Shown piece by piece: positions 40,107 through 49,362 of a stretch of 49,362 bases of DNA (positions within the stretch are counted from its first letter, which is position 1; every line of letters starts with the position of its first letter). The DNA is taken from contig JAYWIR010000018.1 in NCBI GenBank assembly GCA_036172245.1, forward strand, positions 3,658,001 through 3,707,362, read 5' to 3'. This DNA is from Raillietiella orientalis (taxonomy: Eukaryota). Position numbers and translations under genes: made by a program. A model generated the notes under the pieces. It saw only the letters and a list, made by a program, of their open reading frames with translations. It made no database searches and was not told the origin of the DNA.

Positions 40107-41824
40107 TGCGGGGAATCGCGTCTTCTCGTCGTCTGTCCGTAACGTGTTGGAACGTGAACGGACTGCAGAACGACGAGAAGAGGCGATTAGTAGCCAACGC
40201 CCTGCGCCCCTTCGAGCTCGCGCTCCTGCAGGAGATTCACGTAATCTCCGACGAGCAGGCAGCCGAAATCGAGGAGCGCGCAGGCGGAACGCTACATTGG
40301 CGGTGCGGCGACGCACACACGTGCTGTGTCGCGTTCCTCGTAAGAGGAAAAATGGCGGAAGCGGTGCGTAGTGTTCGTTTCGATGACGACGGACGGATAG
40401 GCCAGCTTGTCATCAAGTGGTCCGAGTCCATCGATCTCGTCGTAACGAACGTCTACGCGCCGAGTGGTTCTTGCTACCTCGAAGAAAGAGAAGCTTTCTT
40501 TGGTGTGGTGCAGAGCAACTGGCTCAACAACTCCGGCTTCCAAGTGGCGCGCCTCGTCGCTGGGGACTTCAACGTCCGCCTGCTCTCCGACGATTGGAGC
40601 CGCCCGAGGGAGCGCGCGCTGCCCATCGAGATGTGCGCGTCCGTGCACGCCGCCAACTTGATGGTCAGCGAACTTGGATTGGAAAGATCGCTCGCTCACG
40701 TTTTCCTCGATAAAAACCTGCATTCGCGTGTGGGTAGGAGAGGAAGATTTTTGACTAGGCTTTCTGACCACCACAGGTTGGAGTTTGAGATCCTTCCGCC
40801 AGGGAGGGGGCCTCCGTTGCCAAATTGGAGGATGAAGGCAGATTGGCTTAGCAACCGGAGGCTGCGGAGCATCTATGTGGATACCTCCGAGGCTTTGCCA
40901 TTCAAGAACTTGCGGACTGGGACGATCTCAAAAGATCTGTCCGCGAGTTCTGCTGCCAATTTCTTTTGCACCGGCTTCCACGCGGTTTCGGAGAGGGCGT
41001 GGCCAACAGTAGAGACTTTCTGCAGGCCCGAACATTTTCGAGACGCGCGGATGTCGGGCGTCTCGCAGAGTACATGGCGAGGGCCGAGCGCTAGGTCTAG
41101 CAGTCCGGAGCAGCATGCCTGTTGGACTACAAGGGCCAGGAATGTTCGGCCCCAGCCGAAGTACGCCGCGTTGTGAGACGCTACTACTCCTCGCTGTACG
41201 CGGAATCCTCGACGGAGGATATTCTCTCTGAGATACTCCTGTCTCAGGATGCTCGTGTTGTCGGCGAGGAGGAACGCGAACGTCTAAACGAGCCCTTCAC
41301 GGCGGATGAATTTTCGTCCGCCATCGCTGGGCTGAAGAGACGAAAGGCGCCAGGCGAGGATGGGCTCCTTGCAGTGTTTTATCAGTGCTTTGGAGTGGAG
41401 CCTATTCCCTTGATGCTGAAACTCGCGACGCTGATGAGTGAATCCGGGAATGTCCCGGATTCCTTCCGCTCAGCGAAGGTGCGTCTCCTGCCGAAAAGCG
41501 GAGACTTGCGTCAACTTAACCACTGGCGTCCGATCACCTTGATGAACTGGGACGTCAAGTTGTTTTCCAAGCTGTGGGTCGCGCGGTTGGGAAGTATCGC
41601 GGAATCTGTGGTGAGCTCGGAACAAACCTACGCGGTTCCGGGACGATGCATGGAGGCGAACATCCTTTTCGCGCGTACATCGATGCAGCTGCAGGAAGTT
41701 GTGGCGCAGCAAAGCCAGACTGCTGCAAAAGTCACTTCCGCAAGCAAGAAGAACAGGCGCCGACGGCAGGAGGGAACTCCAGGTGCCTTGGCGGTCGCCG
41801 TCGATCTCCCCAAGGCGTTCGATT
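40106..41824 (+). pseudogene. B2 ORF2 APE + RT N-terminal part, frameshift and stops
   Basis: ORFs 40106-41176 and 41122-41862, ending AVDLPKAFD at the junction. Confidence 0.9.
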
Positions 41825-44800
41825 TTCACCCGGAATTCGCCGGGGCGTTTATTGTAAAATAAACATTTACAAAGACGTGCGGTGGCTGGACCATTGCTCC
41901 AGCCACGCACGAAGAAACACAGAGCCTGCCGGGTCACCGGTTCGTAGACCGGGACCGTCCATCACGGCAGCAGGTGGAAGGGGGAAAAACAAAAAAAACA
42001 AAACAAAAAAGAAAAGAAAAGTTGGGAAAGTGAGAGAAGGGATCACAGTTGCTGGTGGGGCCGTTGCATTCTTTGCAGGATGCCGGCAAGCTCCTTCTGT
42101 ATTCCTGGATCCAGGTGGGGCCATCGGGACTCCCTCCTCAGGAACTGGGAGGACGGCTGGATGGCACCCTGGTCGCGTTGTCCTCCCGTAGCCTTGCTCC
42201 AAGCGGTGACGATCCCGCGTGGGCAGCACAAAGCTGCTAACGAGGCCGCTGGCCGAAGGGCGTCAGCAACGAAGAGGGCTTTCAGTGCGTCCCTGGGGTT
42301 ATCGCAGGGTATTCCGATGGCCGCGGCAAAGCGAAACCAAAGGGGCCGAAGGGCAACACAATCCACTAGCAGGTGGGGGAGGGAATCCCGTTCCCCATAC
42401 CTGACGCAATTGGGGTCCACCGCTCCCCAAATCCAGTAATGTCGGCGGGCGTTGCAGGGGAGTCCCCAGTGCTGCAACAGGAGAGCCGACTCCTGCCATT
42501 TTAAGGGGAGGGCGGAAGTGTTCATGAGCACCGGGGGCCACTTCAGATGTTCAATGGGAACATCGAGCAGCGCGCCCCAGCGCAGAAGTCCATTTGGAGG
42601 CGTACTCGAGGTCGCAGCGTCTGTTAACTGGCCCGTCTTCCACTCTCCTATCTTCTTCTCCTTTCCGGAGATTGTTACTGTAACCACCCACTTCGCCGCA
42701 ACATCGCTGTCCAGATCTTCCATCAGGGAGGGCAGCGCAGCAGCGAGGGGGGTGCTTCTTGCCCACGCTCTCTTCTTTGGATCCTCCAGGATCTCGCGGA
42801 GCGTGCAACTTCTGTAACCCCCAAACAGGAACCTTCGTTCCTGTTGAGAGCGCTGCATGCCTTACTGTCCCCACGTTCGAACGGTTTACTGCAACCAGGC
42901 ACTACCGTTCAACGGGCGACAGGTGAGCAATCCGGGGTTTTTCCGATACAGCGCAGCCCATCTCCGTAGCTGGAGTCCTCATCGGTTGACGCGGCGACGG
43001 AGTGCAAGAAACGACGTCAGTCCCGTCTTGCCGTTGGCTTGCTGGAGGAGACGTGCAGGGACGCACCAACAGGTGCACCACAACTCTGGAACGAGTGCCG
43101 ACAAGCGGAACTGGAGCTGAAGCTCCAGCCGCTCCAGCGTCAGGATTCCCAGACCACCATCCCGACGAGGAGCGCACAAGTCCTTCAAGCGGTCTCGGGC
43201 CCTACCGTTGCCCCAAAGGGCGACACGGAGGAGGTCCTTTGTATACTTTTTAATTCTCTCTGTGGGGGGGCGAACAAAAAGCAGGAAACGGAGGAGAGGA
43301 GCCGCGAACGTGTTCCAAACCGTGGCCCGTTCAGGCAGGAAGAACCTGCCGCCTCGGAACGGGCTGATCGCCGTCTCTACTTTTTGGAGGCAGCCGGACC
43401 ACGCTTCCGCATGGGAGTAGTCCCCCAACGGCACCCCAAGGTACTTGGAGTAAATCACCGTGGGGATCCCCAAACGGACATAGTCCTGCTGCCCTGCCCA
43501 CGCCGCATCAACTGGCATCACGGACGACTTCGCCCTGTTCACCGTAAGACCGGTTCCCCGATGCAGCAGGTCGAAGAACTCCTCGGCCGCCGCAGCCGGG
43601 GTGGACATAGGAAGCAGCAGCAGAAGGTCGTCCGCGTATGCTGAAACGGCCGGCGTACCGGCACAGTCGTGCGGCAGGTGCGCCAGATTTCCCCTGTACG
43701 CTCTCAGTAACCACTCAAAGTAGGTACTGAAGAGCAAGGGGCTCAGGCTGTCTCCCTGCCGGATCCCACGCCGCACCGGCACGCCGTGCACGGTATGCCC
43801 GCTGAAAGTAACATTGATGAGCGCGTCGGGCCAGCAGGAGCGCAGATAGGTTACTAATAAGGCCGGGAAGCCAAAGCGTTCCAGAAGCTCCAGAAGGAGA
43901 TTCTGGTCGACGCAATCGAATGCTTTCCGCAAGTCAATTGCGACCGAAAGGGCTCCCTCCCCCACCCGACCATCCAAGCCCTTGCCGGCGCACGCACCGG
44001 AATTCCGGTTGCGCACCAAGCTTCTTTCTTGTCGGAGATCTACCCAGGTGCAAGCGTGGAACAGGTTCGCCTCCATGCTTCGCCCGGGAACAGCATATGT
44101 CTGTTCCGGGCTGACGAAGATGTTGGCAACCCGTCCCAGACGCTCTGCCTAAACCTTTGCTAGCAACTTGGCGTCCGGATTCACTAGTGTGATGGGACGC
44201 CAGTTGTTTATGCTCCTCAGATCTCCTCCCGTAGGGAGGAGCCGCACCTTTGCCGAACGAAACGAGACGGGAACGTCGCATGTTTCGCGTATCAGCAAGG
44301 TGAGTTGCTGTACCAGGTGGGTAAGCTCTGCCGCGAAGGTTTGATAAAACTCCGCGGGCAGGCCGGCCTCCCCTGGAGCCTTTCGCCTCTTGAGCTTTCC
44401 GATGGCCGAGAGTATCTCGTCCATCGTGAAAGGCTCGTCGAGGGTATTTCTCTGCTCCTCCCCGATCGCTGGAGCGCCTTCCGGAAGCAGGAGTCGTGAG
44501 ACATTCCTCTCCGGAGGTGCCCTGGCATACTGGGAGGAGTAGTAACTCCGCAGCAGGCCGCGGATTTTGGCAGGTGCCGAGTGCTCCTGGCCCTGATCGT
44601 CCAGCAAGCTGGCCGATCCGGACTGCCAGGCTTGCCTCTCGGCTCCCGCTTTGTATTCCGCCAGCCTGCGGATGTCGGGGGTCCTGGCGTAACGACGGGC
44701 CTGCAGGTAGGCTCGTTCGTTACGGACCCCGGTCCCAATAACCGTAGGTAGGCGCTGGAGAGGGAACTGGTCGCAGAACTCCTGTACCGACCGCTTGAAG

Positions 44801-45470
44801 CGGTCACAATCCTGGAGTGTCCGCAGTCTGAAGCTCCGTATGAACGTGCGGAGATGTTCCGCCGCGTCCAAGAACTACAGCCAGTCCCCTGGGAGACGCC
44901 ACGCTGACGAGGGGGGCCCCTGTCGCGCGGATGGATCTCGAGGACTAGCAAGCGATGGTCGGACAGCTCGCACGGTAACTTGCCGCGCCTGCCCACGCTA
45001 GGGCACCCGTGCTCGTCAAGAAACACGTGGTCAATGCTTTCTTCCATCCCCGGTGCATTGGCCAACAAATTACAGGTGTGCACCGCCATGCACACCTCGT
45101 TGACCAGGTCACGCTCGGGATTCTGCCCATCTGGTTTCAGGCGAACGTTCAAATCGCCTGCAACCAGATGGGCATTCCGCATGCCTGCTTCGGTCAGCCA
45201 GTATCGCCGGAGGGCAAGGAAAAACTCTTTCCTCGCCCTCCTGTTCATCAGGTCCTTGCCGCTCGGTGCGTACACGTTCGTGACAATCAGATCGATCGAG
45301 TCGGACCACCTGAGAGTCAGCTGGCCGACACGACCGTTATCGTCGAACCGCACGCCCCGAGCCGCGGCCTCGACGGCTGGCCGAAGCAGGTAGGCGACAC
45401 CGCAACTTTTCGCTCTCTCACACCTGTACCATAGCCGCCCTCCGGAGATCGGTTCGATCTCCTGCGCTCG
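41825..45470 (-). mobile_element. LINE D2 copy b (D2b), ORF2 and 3' UTR, cut at its 5' side by C2
   Basis: 3' terminus aataaacgccccggcgaattccgggtgaaaa at 41823-41853(-); ORF2 and UTR are related to D1. Confidence 0.9.
42043..45470 (-). pseudogene. D2b ORF2 (APE-RT-CCHC), frameshifts and stops
   Basis: ORFs 44292-45482, 44149-44871, 42979-44076 and 42043-42858. Confidence 0.9.
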
Positions 45471-46830
45471 TACAGTGCACACGTGTTTCCGCGTCTATCC
45501 GCGCCAACGATCGGGCAACTTTGTGCCTGCGTTTTTGCTCGCACTTGTGTGTTCCTGTGCAATCTGCCAAGTAGCATAGTGCAACATGGCCAGTACACAG
45601 GATAGTGTGGAGGAGCAAGCCACTGGATGCACTTCAGCTGCACTTGAAGTGGCCGCATCCTCCGTAATGGTTTCCTCGCCCCCGGTGAGGAGTTACGCCG
45701 TCGTTACCTCCCAAAGACCAGGACCCTGCGATGCGGAGTTCCAGGCATATGTGTCATCAGGATACATGCCTGCACTCCGTTATAAGGTCAGTGGGCCACT
45801 TAACGGGAGAATCGGTCGTGAGCTCAATGATGAGCTCGTCCGGATAGGCGTTCGCGAGGAGGAACTCCTTGCCATAATGCCTGCTGGCAGGATGGAATAT
45901 ACGAAGATTCGGTGCAAGAACGCAGCACTTGTGCAGCGCCTTCTCCGTACGCCGTTGACCATCAAAGGCAAGGAAGTCCTACCTACCGCGATGGACGACT
46001 CTTTTGTCGTTCAATTGTGCGACATCGAACCGGAAATCTCCGACCGCGATGTCGTAAGTGTGCTGGCGAAGTTCGCCACCGTGCACGCTCTGTGGAGGAG
46101 GCCAAATCCTCTAAAGGATTTCCCCTCTGTCCACATTGGACAAGCCTCCGCGAGGATCACCGTCGCGAACAGGCGTGTTGTGCCTGAGCAGCTGCAGGTG
46201 AACGGCACGGTCGTTCACCTGTGGTTCATAGGCCAGACTCGCGCGTGCGAGCAGTGCGGCAAGGATGGGCACCGAATTAAAGAGTGCCCCTCTCCAAGAT
46301 GCCGCTATTGCAAAGATTCCGGGCACGAAATCAAGAAGTGCCCGGTACTTGCAAGAAAAAGAGCCGCAGCGGAAATTCGTCGGGTTCAAGAGACCACTGC
46401 ACGAAAAGCCGCAGCGGCAAATAAAAAACGTCGTCCGCAAAAACTCGAAAAAAACCACGAGCGATCCGCGGATAAAAAGAAAGCATCCCCGCCCGCAACG
46501 CCCCGAAAGGGGAAAGTCACGGCGGGGAAGCCAATTAAAAAGGGGCGCGAGGGTTTGACGCGTGCCGTGCCTTCCCTCTCTGCCGAACTCGCAGGCACCT
46601 TTCCGAACCTGGAACCAGGAAATCTCCGTAACACCCTGGAGGGAAAGGTAGGAAAACAGGAAGATCGCAACAGTGCGAAGACTTCTTGCCCCGTTCCGTT
46701 GTCCCTTCCGAGTTCCGGACAGCCCCACTGCAGCGCAGGCCCCACTGCAAAGGCTACGAAAGCCGTAAAAAGCAGCGTCGCAACGAGCAAAAGCACGCTG
46801 CATGCAGTCGCCCCATCGCCGACTCGGCAG
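45471..46830 (+). mobile_element. LINE C copy 2 (C2), 5' UTR + ORF1 up to the A insertion
   Basis: Near-identical to 14023-15382. Confidence 0.92.
45586..46830 (+). pseudogene. C2 ORF1, N-terminal part, interrupted by A4
   Basis: ORF 45586-46875 reads through into the antisense A 3' UTR. Confidence 0.9.
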
Positions 46831-46831
46831 G

Positions 46832-49362
46832 TTTCCCCAAGTCCCACGAGGGGTGGGGTAAATTTATTTTTCTAAAATTTTTCTATAAAAACATTCACAC
46901 TACAATCTCATCCATACCATTAGCACTTTTTTTTACCACTATGAAGTCCTTGGGTTCTCACAAGTTCTGCACTCATGGTGGGTTTCCTACTGTTTGGTCC
47001 CGGGCGTCGTCTTCTATCCTCTTCAGGATGAATCGGTACGTCCAGGCTTGGATTTTCCCACAGTTTCTAATGCCGATTTCCCTCTTCAGGAGCCCTTGTA
47101 GGATCTCCATCGGTGGTGCGGCTCTTCTGGCTTTCCTCATTTTCCACCACCGCACAAGTATGGCGGTGATGAAGAGGGCGATGGTCGTCCTCACCATGGG
47201 ATTGTAACAGGGAACATTACCATCCCCCTGAAACATCCCGGCGAGGATCTCCATTACGGATCTGTTCGTAAGTCCGATGATCCTTTTCAGGATCAGCCAG
47301 TCATGCAGCAATGTGGGACACGTCAAGACGTGAAGTCTCGTGTCGATGTCTCCACATGCTGCGCAGTCTCGGTCTTCCCGTCTTCCTGTGAAGTGCTGCA
47401 ATCGGGACCCACTCTGGATTCCTCCGTGATAAAACATCAGGAGGTCATCCTGGGTGCCCGGCGGAAGGTCACTCCTCCAGAGCGTCGTGCCGATCGCTAA
47501 CAGGTTGAACCGTTCACTCCCGTAGCGTTCGGTGGCTTCCTGGAGGGCACTGGTGTCACGGTCGTTTTCTTGGATAAGCCTTCGGAGGTTTGTTCTGGTT
47601 ACCCTCGACCATGCGAAGTCGTTGTGGTTGAACCACACTTCGCGGGTCCTGTGGGTAAACCTTCCTAACATCATCTCTGTATACCGAAGTATACGTGTTT
47701 GATGTAGGTAGCCTCCTCGCCTCCACTCCTGGATTTGCAGTAGGGTAACTCTGGACCGCTGGTAGATCCAGCTTCTCGTGTCCGGCGGGACAGGAAGCAA
47801 CCAAGGGATCACCAGGATGGACTCGTCCTGCCAGAGTTCCCTGCTTCGCGGCACGATCTTGATTTGGTGCTTCCGCACCAGCCGTTGCTTCCTCCTCCAG
47901 GTCGGGTCGATTGTTATCCATTCCCCTACTTTGCCTAGCAGCGCAGTCATCAGGCCTTTCGAGTTGTTAAGCAACAACGCGTAGGCCCTGTGCGCCGCAT
48001 ACGGCCAGTCATCCCAGTAAGTGGCAATGTCCAGGATGTGTCGCGTATCCATGATTTCCATGGAATGTGCAAGCGACTTCATCCCGGAACCGCCTTCTTC
48101 CCTGGGACGACACAGGGGTTTCAGTCTTACTCTTGGGCGATAGTGGCCCCAGAGTGTTTTTCTTTGCAGCTTGTCGAACTCCCTAGTAGTGTCCTTGTTC
48201 ATCCTAGCGGAGACCGCCCCGAAGAGCACTTTTGGAAAAAGTACTCCGTTCCATATATTGGCCTTTCGCTTCATTCCAAGGTCCGTTCGGGTGTACTTGG
48301 CTGCTTCCTTGGCCGTTTTCCCTAGGATCTCGGTCCACAATAGCTTCGACGAGGAGACGTCGCCAATGTAGACACCCAGGTACATGGCCTTGTCCACCGT
48401 TCGGAATCCTCTCCCCGCTAGAGTGGAGAGATCGAAGATTTCAACGGGCAAAAGCTGGCTTTTCTGGGCGTTGATCTTTAGACCCAGGCCTTGATCCATC
48501 AGGTCTACCACATCCAGAAACGCTCGTTGATTTCTCTCTCTTGATAAAGAAGAGTAGATCATCAGCGTATGCCAGATGGGTAAGACGCTGGCCATCGATT
48601 ATTATGCCTTGCAGTCGTCCGCTCTTCTCGATAGAGGACGACAACGCCTCCATGTAGATGACGAACATCATCGGACTTTGCGAATCGCCCTGCCGGACTC
48701 CCCGTTCCATCCGGATTGCTGCCGTCTCCTGGCCGTTGATTTCGATTCGGCAGTACTGGTTTTGGAGTACCGCCCTCACGAAGTTGCTGAAGTGTTCCGG
48801 AAGGCCTAGCTTCTCCTGAAACTTCAGCAGCATCCCATGGTCGATGGAGTCGAAGGCCTTCTACATGTCAGTGAACACCAGCGCCAGGTTCTCGCCGACG
48901 TATCGGCTGAGTCCGACGGTGGCCTAAGCACACTTGACATTGTCCGACATGTAACGTCCAGGGATTGCACACGTTTGGACCGGAGAGATGAGCCTCAACA
49001 TGACCTTGCCTAAGCGGTTGGACCAGATCTTCGCCAACCACTTGGCATCCGAGTTCAGGATCGAGATTGGCCTCCATTGAGCGACCTGCGTGAGGTCGCC
49101 TCCTTTTGGCAACAATCTCATCCGACTCTCGTAGAAGGACTGTGGAAGTCTTCCTTCTTCTCGGATGCAGAGGGTCAACTGGTGGAACAAACGCAGGTAG
49201 GCATGCAAGTACTGCTGATAGTGAGTGATGGGTACGCTGTCAGGGCCCGCTGCCACGTCCTTGCGTAGTTGACCAAACGCAGTCTTTACCTTGTCTTCGG
49301 AGAATTCCTCCTCCAGTCTGTTCCGCTGGAGGTCGTCGGTCCTCTTCTCGAGATAGCTCAAG
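46832..49362 (-). mobile_element. LINE A copy 4 (A4), 3' part; continues beyond the window
   Basis: A 3' terminus plus ORF2 pieces 46973-48595, 48441-48833 and 48924-49361. Confidence 0.92.
46973..49362 (-). pseudogene. A4 ORF2 RT-CCHC part, disrupted
   Basis: YADD and CAAC..H..C motifs; stops near 48868 and 48924, frameshift near 48540. Confidence 0.9.

Larger units (their letters stand above)
38106..41824 (+). mobile_element. LINE B2, 5' end to RT KAFD motif, cut by D2b
   Basis: 5' cgagtgcggacgtgatttt, ORF1, TAATG overlap, ORF2. Confidence 0.9.

Overview
The window contains no host genes. All 49 kb is a nested stack of eukaryotic non-LTR retrotransposons (LINEs) with L1/Tx1-type architecture: ORF1 has CCHC zinc knuckles, and ORF2 has an AP endonuclease (APE), a reverse transcriptase (RT) and a C-terminal CxxC..H..C motif. 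I resolve about 13 copies from about 6 lineages, with working names A, B1/B2, C, D1, D2 and E. Most copies are pseudogenised; D1b (27296-32833) and C1 are close to intact. The nesting looks non-random, because each lineage sits at a defined site inside another lineage's coding sequence, often a conserved motif. A inserts at one codon of B/C ORF1 (3 insertions plus one spacer), C just after the APE QEIH motif of D, B at the APE GD[F/L]N motif of D2/E, D1 at the LQDWD linker of E and D2 at the RT KAFD motif of B; E probably targets an APE GQLxLxW motif. This suggests a network of sequence-specific LINEs that target each other, including a reciprocal B/D2 pair. All visible 3' ends are AATAAA + a GC hairpin + 2-4 A with no poly(A). 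Non-A families share a 5' ACGTG motif, and their overlapping ORF1/ORF2 stop-start codons usually lie in a hairpin loop. The host organism cannot be identified from this sequence. Family names, boundaries (a few nt uncertainty) and identities come from manual comparison.
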